A DNA stretch of 64,000 nt from Deltaproteobacteria bacterium (lineage in GTDB: Bacteria > Desulfobacterota > Binatia > DP-6). The DNA lies in assembly GCA_005879585.1 (NCBI GenBank), contig VBKG01000312.1, positions 4,400 to 68,399 of the forward strand, given 5' to 3'. Of the stretch, positions 48,839-59,310 are shown one piece after another (the first letter of the stretch is position 1; the number at the start of each line of letters is the position of its first letter). The notes beneath the pieces are model-generated. The model was not told where the DNA came from. It saw nothing but the letters and a program-made list of their open reading frames with translations, and did no database searches. Both the position numbers and the translations under genes were made by a program.

Positions 48839-49854
48839 TCCGCGTCGCCGTCATCGGTGCCGGGCAATGGGGCCCGAACCTCATCCGCAACTTTCACAAC
48901 CACCGGACGAGCGAGGTCGTCTGGGTGGTCGACGCCGACGCGGGACGGCTCGACCAGGTCCGGGCGCGGTTCCCCGACGTCGGCCTCGACACCGCGGCCG
49001 ACTCCGTGATGGCCGACGGCCGGGTCGACGCCGTGGTGATCGCGACGCCGACGAGCACGCACCACACACTGGTGAAGCGCGCGCTCGAGGCCGGCAAGCA
49101 CGTGCTCGTCGAGAAGCCGATCACAGCCGATTCGTCGCAGGCCGAGGAGCTCTGCGCCCTCGCCGCGCGCATGGACCGGATCCTCATGGTCGGGCACGTC
49201 TTCGTGTACAACCCCGGCGTCCAGCGCGTGAAGCAGCTCCTCGATGCGGGCGACCTCGGGCGCGTCTACTACGTGACGATGGTGCGCACGAACCTCGGCC
49301 CCATCCGGGTCGACGTGAACGCCGCCTGGGACCTCGCCTCGCACGACGTGTCGATCGCGAACTACTGGCTCGGCACCGCCCCGGCGACCGTGTCCGCCGT
49401 CGGCGGGGGCTGGATCAACCCGGGCGTCGAGGATGCCGTCTTCGCCACCCTCCGGTACCCGAACGACGTCCTCGTGAACCTGCACGTGTCGTGGCTGAGT
49501 CCGCGGAAGACGCGCGAGATCACGCTCGTCGGCGACCGGCGCATGCTGACCTTCGACGACATGAACCTGAGCGAGCCGGTTCGCCTCTACGACAAGCAGG
49601 TGACGGACGTCCGCACCCCGGCGCCCTACATCGACTCCTTCGCGTCGTTCCGGGCGAGCCTCCGCGAGGGCGACATCACGATCCCGAGGATCCCCCTCGG
49701 CGAGCCGCTGAAGGTGGAGTGCGATCACTTCCTCGAGTGCATCGCCGCCGGCAAGCCGCCGCTGACCGGTGGCCGGGAGGGGCTGACGGTCGTGCACGCG
49801 CTCGAGGCGATCCAGCGCTCGGTCCGCGCCGCCGGCCGCGAGGAGCCGGTCTGA
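48835..49854 (+). CDS. Gfo/Idh/MocA-family sugar-nucleotide oxidoreductase (WbpB-like)
   Basis: N-terminal Rossmann IRVAVIGAGQWG; ATGA overlap with the GT2 gene. Confidence 0.85.
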   Translation: MIRVAVIGAGQWGPNLIRNFHNHRTSEVVWVVDADAGRLDQVRARFPDVGLDTAADSVMADGRVDAVVIATPTSTHHTLVKRALEAGKHVLVEKPITADSSQAEELCALAARMDRILMVGHVFVYNPGVQRVKQLLDAGDLGRVYYVTMVRTNLGPIRVDVNAAWDLASHDVSIANYWLGTAPATVSAVGGGWINPGVEDAVFATLRYPNDVLVNLHVSWLSPRKTREITLVGDRRMLTFDDMNLSEPVRLYDKQVTDVRTPAPYIDSFASFRASLREGDITIPRIPLGEPLKVECDHFLECIAAGKPPLTGGREGLTVVHALEAIQRSVRAAGREEPV

Positions 49855-50948
49855 TGGCGGGTATCCCGCTGGTCGACCTGCGGGCGCAGCACCGGCAGGT
49901 GGCGGACGACGTCGCGCGCGGATTCGCGCGCGTCCTCGACAGCGGGTGCTTCATCCTCGGCCCGGAGGTCGAGGCGTTCGAGGCGTCCTTCGCGCGCTTC
50001 TCGGACGTGCGCCACTGCGTCGGCGTCGCGAACGGGACCGACGCGCTCGAGATCGCGCTCCGTGCCGCGGGCATCGGGCAGGGCGACGAGGTCATCGTGC
50101 CGGTCAACTCCTTCATCGCGACCGCGCTCGCCGTCGCGCGCGCGGGCGCCGTGCCGGTGCTGGTCGACTGCGACCCCGACCATCTCCTGATCGACGTCGC
50201 CCAGGTACGACGGAAGATCGGGCCGCGCACGCGGGCGGTCGTCCCGGTGCATCTCTATGGCCAGATGGCGCCGATGGAGGAGCTCGCCTCGCTCGGCCTC
50301 GTGCTCGTCGAGGATGCCGCACAAGCGCAGGGTGCGACGCGACGGGGAAGGGGGCCCGCCGCCGTTGCCGTCGCCGCGGCGACGAGCTTCTACCCCGGGA
50401 AGAACCTCGGCGCCTACGGCGACGCGGGCGCCCTCCTCACCAACGACGAGGCCGTCGCGCGCCGCGCGCGCGCACTTCGCAACTATGGCAGTGAGGCGAA
50501 GTACGTCCATCCGGAAACGGGCTTCAACTCGCGCCTCGATCCCCTCCAGGCGGTCGTGTTGAGCGCCAAGCTCGCGCACCTCGCGCGCTGGAACGCGGAG
50601 CGGCGCGACGCTGCGCGGCGCTACGCCGCGCTCCTCGCCGGCGTCCCCGGCGTCGTTCTCCCTGCCACGCTGCCGGGCAACGAGGCGGTGTGGCACCTCT
50701 ACGTGGTGCAGGTGCCCCGCCGCGATGACGTGCTCGCGAAGCTCCGCGCCGCCGGCATCGAGGCGGGCGTCCACTACCCGACGCCGATCCACCTCCAGGG
50801 CGCCTTCCGCGCGCTCGGCCACCGACCCGGCGACTTTCCCGTGGCCGAGGCCGCGGCGGCGCGCGTGCTGTCGCTGCCGATCTATCCCGGGATCACCCCG
50901 GCCCAGCAGGAACGCGTCGCCGACGCGCTCCGGACGGCCATCGGCTGA
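49854..50948 (+). CDS. DegT/DnrJ/EryC1/StrS-family sugar aminotransferase (WbpE-like)
   Basis: PLP-dependent fold, [15 protein letters not shown]; TGATG overlap. Confidence 0.9.
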   Translation: MAGIPLVDLRAQHRQVADDVARGFARVLDSGCFILGPEVEAFEASFARFSDVRHCVGVANGTDALEIALRAAGIGQGDEVIVPVNSFIATALAVARAGAVPVLVDCDPDHLLIDVAQVRRKIGPRTRAVVPVHLYGQMAPMEELASLGLVLVEDAAQAQGATRRGRGPAAVAVAAATSFYPGKNLGAYGDAGALLTNDEAVARRARALRNYGSEAKYVHPETGFNSRLDPLQAVVLSAKLAHLARWNAERRDAARRYAALLAGVPGVVLPATLPGNEAVWHLYVVQVPRRDDVLAKLRAAGIEAGVHYPTPIHLQGAFRALGHRPGDFPVAEAAAARVLSLPIYPGITPAQQERVADALRTAIG

Positions 50949-50949
50949 G

Positions 50950-51525
50950 ATGGCGCGCGATCCCTCGGTCTTCGTCCACGAGAAGGCGCTCTGCGAGAGC
51001 GACCAGGTCGGGCCGCGCACCCGTGTCTGGGCGTTCGCCCACATCATGGCGGGGGCGACGATCGGCGCCGACTGCAACGTCTGCGACCACGCGTTCATCG
51101 AGACCGGCGCGACGCTCGGGAACCGGGTCATCGTCAAGAACAGCGTGCTCGTCTGGAAGGGTGTGACCGTCGAGGACGACGTCTTTCTCGGCCCGAACAT
51201 GGTGTTCACGAACATCCGGAACCCGCGCGCGGCCTTTCCGCCGCCGCCCGAGCAGTTCGCGCCCACGATCGTGAAGCGCGGCGCGGCGATCGGCGCCAAC
51301 GCCACGATCGTCTGTGGCGTGACGATCGGCGAGCAGGCGTTCGTCGGCGCGGGCAGCGTCGTCATCGCCGACGTGGCGCCGTACGCGCTCGTGGTCGGCA
51401 ATCCGGCGCGTCGCGTGGGCTGGGCCTGCGTGTGCGGCTTCCCGCTCGACGCCGATCTCGCCTGCGGCTGCGGCCGGCAGTACCGGCTGCTCGACGAGCG
51501 TCGCGGCCTCGCTCCGAAGCCGTGA
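50950..51525 (+). CDS. Hexapeptide-repeat acetyltransferase (WbpD-like sugar N-acetyltransferase)
   Basis: Left-handed beta-helix hexapeptide repeats. Confidence 0.85.
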   Translation: MARDPSVFVHEKALCESDQVGPRTRVWAFAHIMAGATIGADCNVCDHAFIETGATLGNRVIVKNSVLVWKGVTVEDDVFLGPNMVFTNIRNPRAAFPPPPEQFAPTIVKRGAAIGANATIVCGVTIGEQAFVGAGSVVIADVAPYALVVGNPARRVGWACVCGFPLDADLACGCGRQYRLLDERRGLAPKP

Positions 51526-53243
51526 GCCGTCCCGCGGTCGACCGACGGCCGGGTCTCATCGGCCCCGCGCTGGTGCTCGTCGTCGCCGTCTTCGCCGCGT
51601 TCGCGCCGACCCTGCAGAACGGCTTCGTCCTGTGGGACGACGACATGATCCTCACCGACAACACCGACTTCCGCGGCCTGTCGCCGAGCCACCTCCGCTG
51701 GATGTTCACGACGTTTCTCGGCGGGCAGTACCAGCCGCTCACCTGGATGAGCTTCGCCGTCGATAATGCCCTCTGGGGCATGAGCGCCGCCGGCTACCAT
51801 CTGACCAGTCTCGCACTGCACGTCGCGAACGCGGTGCTCGTCTACATCCTCATCCGGACGCTCCTCGCGCGGACGGCGGTGGGTTCGCGGGCGCTGCACG
51901 CGGCCGCGATCGCGGGCGCGCTCGCGTTCGCGATCCATCCGTTGCGCGTCGAATCGGTGGCGTGGGCGACGGCCCGCCGCGACGTGCTCTCCGGCCTCTT
52001 CTATCTCCTGACGATCCTCACCTACCTCCGGATGGCCTACGAGCGCGACCGCGGCGGTGGGTGGTCGCCGTGGTTCGTCGCGTCGCTCGCCTGCTTCACG
52101 CTGTCGCTCCTCGCGAAGACGTGGGGCGTGACGCTGCCGTTCGTGCTGCTCGCGCTCGACGTGTACCCGCTCCGCCGATGGTCGCGCGGCGCGCTCGCGG
52201 AGAAGGCGGCGTACGGTGTGGTCGCGGCCGCCGGCGTGATCGTCACGCTTCTGATGCTCCGCCACTTCTCGGACGTGAAGAGCCTCGCGCAGCACGGCCT
52301 CTTCGCGCGCGCCGCGCAGGCGGCGTACGGCCTCTGCTTCTACGCGTGGAAAACCGTCGTCCCGCTCAACCTCTCGCCGCTCTACATGATCGAGCCGACG
52401 CTCGACCCGTTCCGGCCGCGGTACGTGGCCTGCGCACTTGCGGTGCTCGTGACCGGCACGGCGCTCGTCGCGCTCCGTCGTCGCGTTCCCTGGGCGCTTG
52501 CCGCGGCTGCCTGCTACGCGGTCGTCGTGGCGCCGATGCTCGGCGTCATGCAGACCGGGCCGCAGATCGCCGCCGACCGCTACACGTACCTCGCCTGTCT
52601 CCCATGGGCGGTGCTCGCCGCCGCGGCGCTTCATCGCTGGCCGCGCTTCTTCCCCCTGGCAGCCGCGGCACTGGTCGTGCTCGGCGTGCTCACGTGGCGG
52701 CAGACGACGATCTGGAAGGACACGCCGGCGCTCTGGGAGCATGCGCTCCGGGTCGACCCGGACGACTACTTCGCGCACCTGAACCTCGGCTGGGAGCGGC
52801 AGGTGCACGGCGACCTCGAGGGCGCCTACCGCCGGTACGACGAGGCGCTCCGCATCAACCCGAAGTTCACGCTCGCGCTCAACAACCGCGGCAACGTCTC
52901 GCAGGCGCGCGGCAACTACGACGCCGCGATCGCGGATTTCACCGCGGCGATCGAAGCCAACCCGCAGTACGCGTCGCCGTACATGAACCGCGGCACGCTA
53001 CGGCTCGCGCAGGAGGACCTCGACGGCGCGCTCGCCGACCTGAACGAGGCGGTGCGCCTGGATCCGGAGGACGGCCGCAACTACAACAACCGGGCGCTGG
53101 CGCGACAGGCCAAGGGGGACGTGACCGGGGCCCTCGCTGATTACCGCGAGGCGCTGGCGCGCTTCCCACCGGGCACGCCTGGCCGCCCAATGATCGAGCA
53201 GAACCTGGCCGACCTCCAGGCGGCGGTGAGGGCGAGACACTAG
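51522..53243 (+). CDS. Polytopic membrane protein with PMT/ArnT-like N-domain and C-terminal TPR repeats (putative glycosyltransferase)
   Basis: GTG start overlaps the acetyltransferase TGA; about 10 TM helices then 5-6 TPR units. Confidence 0.8.
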   Translation: MSRPAVDRRPGLIGPALVLVVAVFAAFAPTLQNGFVLWDDDMILTDNTDFRGLSPSHLRWMFTTFLGGQYQPLTWMSFAVDNALWGMSAAGYHLTSLALHVANAVLVYILIRTLLARTAVGSRALHAAAIAGALAFAIHPLRVESVAWATARRDVLSGLFYLLTILTYLRMAYERDRGGGWSPWFVASLACFTLSLLAKTWGVTLPFVLLALDVYPLRRWSRGALAEKAAYGVVAAAGVIVTLLMLRHFSDVKSLAQHGLFARAAQAAYGLCFYAWKTVVPLNLSPLYMIEPTLDPFRPRYVACALAVLVTGTALVALRRRVPWALAAAACYAVVVAPMLGVMQTGPQIAADRYTYLACLPWAVLAAAALHRWPRFFPLAAAALVVLGVLTWRQTTIWKDTPALWEHALRVDPDDYFAHLNLGWERQVHGDLEGAYRRYDEALRINPKFTLALNNRGNVSQARGNYDAAIADFTAAIEANPQYASPYMNRGTLRLAQEDLDGALADLNEAVRLDPEDGRNYNNRALARQAKGDVTGALADYREALARFPPGTPGRPMIEQNLADLQAAVRARH

Positions 53244-53289
53244 TTGCGAGCGTCGGTCCGCGGGCGCGGGGCGCCGGCAGCGCGACCCG

Positions 53290-53386
53290 CAGCTCCCGCG
53301 CACGCACGTAGCTTCGGGGGGACGCCACTTTTACGAGGTGCGCGTGGAGCGAGGACCGGAGCGCAGCCGGCGCCCCGTGCCCGCGG
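53290..53386 (+). repeat. Copy B of the roughly 95-nt conserved structured intergenic element
   Basis: Aligns with 31706-31799; sits between the convergent TPR gene and the radical-SAM gene. Confidence 0.55.
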
Positions 53387-53426
53387 ACCGACGCGGCCGC
53401 CCGTCTCGCCGACGTCGATGCGAGCG

Positions 53427-54749
53427 TCAGGCCGGGAGGTCGTTCTTCGGGAGCATCGAGGCGGACGCACGGCGGTCGCGGCGGTGGTCGATCGCGTGGC
53501 CGTTTTCGGCGGTCTCGGGCGCGACCGTGTCGGCCCATTCCTCGAAGCCGACGTGCTGCGCGAGATCCGCCCAGCCGTAGCGGTAGTCGCAGCGGGCGCA
53601 GTAGGGAAACGACTTCTCGACGGAGTCGTCGTTCACCGTCCGCCGGAGCGCCTGATACTTCTCGCTGTTCCAGATGTCGCGGAAAGCGGTGCTGTCGTCG
53701 TCGTACACTTTGCCCATGCTGATCGCTTCCCAGGCGCGATAGCAGGGGAGGACGCGGCCGTCGGTGTCGATCTTCACGAAGCGCCACGGTGCGCGGCAGC
53801 GTGACGGCTGCTGGCGTTTCGGCTGCTCGTCGTGCACGGCGGGGGGCAGGTTGACGCGCAGGCGCGGGTAGCGGGCTGCCACGCGGCGTGCCTCGGTGAA
53901 GATGCGGCTCATGAGGTCCTGGTGGAAGTAGAGGCTCTCCTGCGGGTCGATGCCGTTGCAGACCGCGAGGTAGCCGCAGTCCATGCGGTCGATGCCCATC
54001 TCGCCCCAGCGCTCGACGGCGTCCGGCAGTTCCTCGACGTTGGACCGCATGAGCGCGTAACGGATGATGGTGCGCGGCTCGCGCTTCCCCTCTTCCTCGC
54101 GCACGCGTAGCACCATCCGGATCTTTTCCAGGATTGTGTCGAGCTTCGCATTCACGCGGAGTCGCTCGACCGTCGCAGGATGGAATCCGTCGACGGAGAA
54201 GCCGTGCGTCGTGATGAGACCTTCGCGGACGATCGTCCGCACGCGGTCTTCGCGCACCAGCATGCCGTTCGACAGCACCCAGGTGGCGACGCGGTGCCGG
54301 CGCGCGACGCGCAGCAGGTCCTCGAGCCCCTTGTGGAGATACGGCTCGCCGCCGGAGCAGATGCTCACGAGCCGCGCGGTAGGGAAGAGCTGGCGCGCGA
54401 CGCGCTCGAAGTTCTCGAGCGAGATGCGCTTCGCGCCCGGAGTCTCGTAGTCGACGCAGAACGTGCAGGCGAGGTTGCACGCCTTGGTGAGGACGATGTC
54501 GACGTTCTGGGGCAACGAGCGGACGACCGTCGACTGGAGGCGGAACTCGACCTCGTTGAGGCCGGTGTTCAGCGCCTGGCGTGCCGTGAAGCGTCGCATG
54601 GGACGTCGGTCGAGCGCCGACGCTAGCGCCGGCCGTCTCGGACGGTCAAGCAAAAGGGTGGCCACGAATGGCCCGGTGCGGGACGGATCGGCGCCCCCCC
54701 GTGGTCGCCATGCCTTGCAGCTGCGCAAGGCGTTCGCTGTGCCTTGCAT
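53427..54749 (-). CDS. Radical SAM / SPASM-domain protein
   Basis: CNLACTFC (CxxxCxxC) and a C-terminal Cys-rich CARCDYRYGW; start at 54749 (MQGT, SD AGGCGGG) or 54599 (MRRF). Confidence 0.85.
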   Translation of the reverse strand: MQGTANALRSCKAWRPRGGADPSRTGPFVATLLLDRPRRPALASALDRRPMRRFTARQALNTGLNEVEFRLQSTVVRSLPQNVDIVLTKACNLACTFCVDYETPGAKRISLENFERVARQLFPTARLVSICSGGEPYLHKGLEDLLRVARRHRVATWVLSNGMLVREDRVRTIVREGLITTHGFSVDGFHPATVERLRVNAKLDTILEKIRMVLRVREEEGKREPRTIIRYALMRSNVEELPDAVERWGEMGIDRMDCGYLAVCNGIDPQESLYFHQDLMSRIFTEARRVAARYPRLRVNLPPAVHDEQPKRQQPSRCRAPWRFVKIDTDGRVLPCYRAWEAISMGKVYDDDSTAFRDIWNSEKYQALRRTVNDDSVEKSFPYCARCDYRYGWADLAQHVGFEEWADTVAPETAENGHAIDHRRDRRASASMLPKNDLPA

Positions 54750-54750
54750 G
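54709..54750. promoter_or_regulatory. Palindromic element GCCTTGC-N6-GCAAGGC with a flanking direct repeat CATGCCTTGCA, at the 5' end of the radical-SAM gene
   Basis: Inverted and direct repeats read in sequence. Confidence 0.3.
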
Positions 54751-54791
54751 CCCGCCTGACGGGCGTCGGGGCGGGCAGGGCGCCCGGGGTT

Positions 54792-55856
<1,065 letters not shown>

Positions 55857-56300
55857 CTACTTCACCGCCTTGATGCGGCGGGGCGCCCGACCGTCGTCGA
55901 AGGTCTCGGGCTCGGGATTGCGCAGGTGGCGCTCGGCCACCTCGACGGCCTGCCGGGCCCGGTCGGGCAGCCGGGTCAGGATGTCGACGAAGCGCGTCCA
56001 GCGGTCTTGGTCGGCGTCGGCCAGCTCGTACAGCCGCATCGCGCCATCGATGTCCTTGCGCTTCAACGCCGCGTCGCCGAGCGTGAGGAAGCGGTCGCGC
56101 GGCAGCGGCACGGAGCCGAGCTCGCAGATGCGGACGGCATCATTGATGCGGTTCCGCTCCATCAATCGGTCGGCGAGACCCGTCCAGTCGCCCGCCGTGA
56201 CGAGCTCCGCGTTTCGCACGAAGAGCTTCATGGCGGCGTCGAGGAAGCCTCGCTCGAGATAGCGGCGGCCGACGAGCACCTCGGACTGACTGGCAGGCAT
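55857..56300 (-). CDS. Hypothetical protein
   Basis: 147 aa; strong RBS AAGGGGGGG before ATG 56300; its TAG is in frame with hisC. Confidence 0.5.
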   Translation of the reverse strand: MPASQSEVLVGRRYLERGFLDAAMKLFVRNAELVTAGDWTGLADRLMERNRINDAVRICELGSVPLPRDRFLTLGDAALKRKDIDGAMRLYELADADQDRWTRFVDILTRLPDRARQAVEVAERHLRNPEPETFDDGRAPRRIKAVK

Positions 56301-56479
56301 CAGGTCGCCCCCCCTTGGGGTCACGAACCGTCAACTTACTGGCGCCGTGTGGCGTTTGCAAGACAAACAGACGCACGTCGAACCGCACAGCACTTGCACG
56401 ATCGACGCGTTCGGAGCGCTGCGTTGACGCTAAAGCCGAGCGAAGGCGCTGCCGATAACCATCCCGCTGCTGCGCGACG

Positions 56480-56731
56480 ATGAAGCTCAACATCACCTAC
56501 AGCGCCTACCGCGAGCTGGAGATGATCCCGCAGGTTCCGCTGCGTCACATCGGCGAGGCGATCATCGGTCTCGCCGAGGACCCCTATCCGCCGGGCTCGT
56601 CTCTGCTGCAGGGCATCGGCGGCTGCTACTACCTCGCGATCGACAACTACTACATCCTCTACCACATCGATGACGACGGGGCGTTGACCGTGCTCGGCGT
56701 CCTCGACGGTCCGTACCACCCGCTGCATTAA
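56480..56731 (+). CDS. RelE/ParE-family toxin-like protein (orphan; no adjacent antitoxin)
   Basis: 83 aa; EDPYPPGSSLLQGIGGCYYLAIDNYYILYHIDDDGALTVLGVLDGP fits the RelE/StbE/ParE pattern ENPRPPGxKKLKG..YRIRVGDYRIIYEIDD..IxxIGHR. Confidence 0.6.
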   Translation: MKLNITYSAYRELEMIPQVPLRHIGEAIIGLAEDPYPPGSSLLQGIGGCYYLAIDNYYILYHIDDDGALTVLGVLDGPYHPLH

Positions 56732-56890
56732 GTAAACTCCTCGGGGGCCCGTGCGGTGCTCGCGCGCTTCGCGCGCTGCGCTCCTCCGATGCCCCCGAAC
56801 CCCGTCGGCCAGGATGGCAGCTCTCGCTGCCGGCCTCGCGTGGCCAGGGCGAACTTCCGCTGTCGCCGCGGTCCCGCTAAGCTCCGCGGG

Positions 56891-59263
56891 ATGGTGACGT
56901 CGCGCCGCCTGCGCCGGGCCGCCCACGCGCTCGTCGTCCTCGGCGTCTGTGCGCTCGTGGCCGCCGGCTGCCGGCGCCAGCCGCTGCCGGCGGCAAAGCC
57001 CGCCCTCCCTCGCGTGGGCGACGCGGTCGACCGCGTGCACGTCCTCATGGTGAACGGCGGCGGGAGCAAGGCGATGAACTACCAGTCGCACCTGCTCCAC
57101 GTGCAGCAGCTCCTCGACGTGCTGCGCCATGCGGGCATCCGGCCTGACCAGGTGTCGGTCTTCAGCGGCGACGGCGCCGACCCGGCCGAGGATCTCGCGG
57201 TGCGCGAGGTCCAGCCCGAGGCGGAGTTCTGGCTGCTGCGCGGCACACGGCTCGAGCACCAGCTGGCCACGCCGATCACCTACGCCAACTCCTCGGTCCC
57301 CGGCGTCGAGCTGCAGGCGGCCACCAAGGAGAACCTGCGGCGCTGGTTCAAGCGCGCGCACCGTGCGCTCGGCCGCCGCGACACCCTCCTCCTCTACGTG
57401 ACCGACCACGGCCAGAAGAACGCGGAAGACTCGCTCAACAACTCGATCACGCTCTGGGGACCCAAGGAATCGCTTTCAGTGAGCGAGCTGCGCGAGCTCC
57501 TCCGGATGCTGCGCCCCGGGGTCCGCGTCGTCATGCTGATGTCGCAGTGCTACTCGGGAGCGTTCGCACATCTCGTCGCGGTCGAGCCCGACGCGCCGCC
57601 GACCGGCAACCTCTGCGGCTACTTCTCCTCCACCGCCGATCGCCCGGCCTACGGGTGCTATCCGGAGAACCGCGGCAAGGAGAACGTCGGCCACTCGTTC
57701 CACTTCATCCAGGCGCTCGCGATCGCACGCCGCTTCCCCGACGCCCACCTGCAGGTGCTCGTCAGCGACGCCACGCCCGACGTGCCGCTGCGGACCTCCG
57801 ACGTCTACCTCGAGGATCTGCTGCGGCGGAAGGCGGCGGCCGGCGGCGAGGACCTCACCCCGATGGTCGACGGACTCCTGCGCGAGGCGTGGCGGGACAA
57901 GGCGGCGTGGGAGCCCGAGATCCGCCTCCTCGACCGCATCGGACACGCCTTCGGCTGCTTCAGCCCTCGCTCGCTCGCCGAGCTCGACGCCCTCCAGGTG
58001 GGCGACATCACCGACAAGCTGAAGACGTACAAGAGCGCCTGGGAGTCGAGCCTCAAGAGCCTCGCGGGCGAGAACCTCGACCGCTTCGTCGCGTCCAGTC
58101 CGGGCTGGAAGGAGCGAACCGCGCCCGAGCACATCCTCGCGCTCGACGCCGGCGGCACGCGGGCGCTGGCGCGCGCGCTGCTGGTCGACCTCTCCGCGTA
58201 CACCGACGGCGACGTGCCGACGGCGCGGCGGCTCGGCGTCCTCCGGAAGAAGAGCCAGGTGGCGGAATCGGCGTCGTATCGCATGGAGGTCCGCCTGGGC
58301 GTCGTGCTGCGGATGCGCGCGATCCTCACCGCCGTCGCGGGGCGCGTGTACCTGGCGTCGCGCGGGACGCCGGAGGAGCGCGCGGCCTACGAGGCGCTGC
58401 TGCGCTGCGAGGCGCTCGCCCTGCCACCCGCCGACACGCCGCTGCCGGAGTCGACGACCACCGTCGCCGAGCCGTTTCCTCCCTACGAGGACGACGTCCG
58501 GCTCGCCGCGAAGGTGCTGCCCGCCTGGATGGGGATCCGCTTCAAGCAGGCGGAGCAGGAGGCCCGGGACAAGCACCACCTCGAGGCCGGCGCGAGCGTC
58601 GTCGAATCGGTCTATCCGGATTCGCCCGCGGAGGCCGCCGGCGTGCAGGCGGGCGACGTCATCCTCGGCCCGCCGGGCGCGCCGTTCAAGGAGAACCAGC
58701 AGATCCGCGAGTGGACCATGCTGTCCAAGATCGACGAGCCGAAGCCGCTCGTCGTCCTGCGCGGCGATCACGAGGTGCGGCTGACGCTCGCGCCGAAGGC
58801 CTACCCGCTCCAGTGGACGACGGTGGCGGGCCCGCCGAAGGTGGACGCACCGGCGCCCGCCGTCACGCTGACCGCGTACCGCGGCAGCGTGCCGCCCGCG
58901 CTCTCCGACGGCACGTCGCACCTGCTGTTCTTCTGGGCGACGTACTGCGGCCCGTGCAAGGCATCGCTGCCCGAGGTGCTCGCCTTCGAGCGCGAGCGCC
59001 ACACGCAGGTCATCGCCGTGACGGACGAGCTCCGCGAGCAGCTCGATACCTTCTTCAAGAAGTTCGACGCACCCTTCCCCGAGACGGTTGCGATGGACGA
59101 GTACCGCAAGGCCTTCCTCGCCTACGGCGTGAGCGGGACGCCGACCTTCGTGCTGCTCGACGGCACCGGCAAGGTGCGGAGCTACGCGACGGGCTATTCC
59201 GCGGACAAGGGGCTCGGCATCGCGGGGTGGTCGTGGACGAAGCCTGCCCCGGCGGGCGGGTGA
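56891..59263 (+). CDS. Lipoprotein: clan-CD cysteine peptidase-like (legumain C13 / caspase-like His-Cys dyad) + PDZ + TlpA-like thioredoxin (CGPC)
   Basis: Lipobox VAAGC; YVTDHG and MSQCYSGAF dyad context; PDZ GVQAGDVILG; WATYCGPCKASLPEV redoxin motif. Confidence 0.8.
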   Translation: MVTSRRLRRAAHALVVLGVCALVAAGCRRQPLPAAKPALPRVGDAVDRVHVLMVNGGGSKAMNYQSHLLHVQQLLDVLRHAGIRPDQVSVFSGDGADPAEDLAVREVQPEAEFWLLRGTRLEHQLATPITYANSSVPGVELQAATKENLRRWFKRAHRALGRRDTLLLYVTDHGQKNAEDSLNNSITLWGPKESLSVSELRELLRMLRPGVRVVMLMSQCYSGAFAHLVAVEPDAPPTGNLCGYFSSTADRPAYGCYPENRGKENVGHSFHFIQALAIARRFPDAHLQVLVSDATPDVPLRTSDVYLEDLLRRKAAAGGEDLTPMVDGLLREAWRDKAAWEPEIRLLDRIGHAFGCFSPRSLAELDALQVGDITDKLKTYKSAWESSLKSLAGENLDRFVASSPGWKERTAPEHILALDAGGTRALARALLVDLSAYTDGDVPTARRLGVLRKKSQVAESASYRMEVRLGVVLRMRAILTAVAGRVYLASRGTPEERAAYEALLRCEALALPPADTPLPESTTTVAEPFPPYEDDVRLAAKVLPAWMGIRFKQAEQEARDKHHLEAGASVVESVYPDSPAEAAGVQAGDVILGPPGAPFKENQQIREWTMLSKIDEPKPLVVLRGDHEVRLTLAPKAYPLQWTTVAGPPKVDAPAPAVTLTAYRGSVPPALSDGTSHLLFFWATYCGPCKASLPEVLAFERERHTQVIAVTDELREQLDTFFKKFDAPFPETVAMDEYRKAFLAYGVSGTPTFVLLDGTGKVRSYATGYSADKGLGIAGWSWTKPAPAGG

Positions 59264-59271
59264 GCAGGGGC

Positions 59272-59310
59272 TTGACTCTGTATCACAATGTAGTTAGTGC
59301 GTATCACGCG
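59272..59310 (+). promoter_or_regulatory. Promoter/operator of the RHH regulator gene: TTGACT followed by GTATCACAATGTA and GTATCACGCG
   Basis: -35-like hexamer and two GTATCAC half-sites ending 1 nt before ATG 59311. Confidence 0.4.

Noticed and set aside
49725-52808. 1027-aa minus-strand ORF across the sugar-aminotransferase / acetyltransferase / TPR genes
   Set aside because: Antisense to four coupled, homology-supported plus-strand genes; low-complexity Arg/Gly/Asp composition.
56301-56479. Candidate antitoxin ORF upstream of the RelE-like gene
   Set aside because: Only a 50-codon Arg-rich frame with no start-codon or RBS context; no RHH / Phd / HTH-like features.
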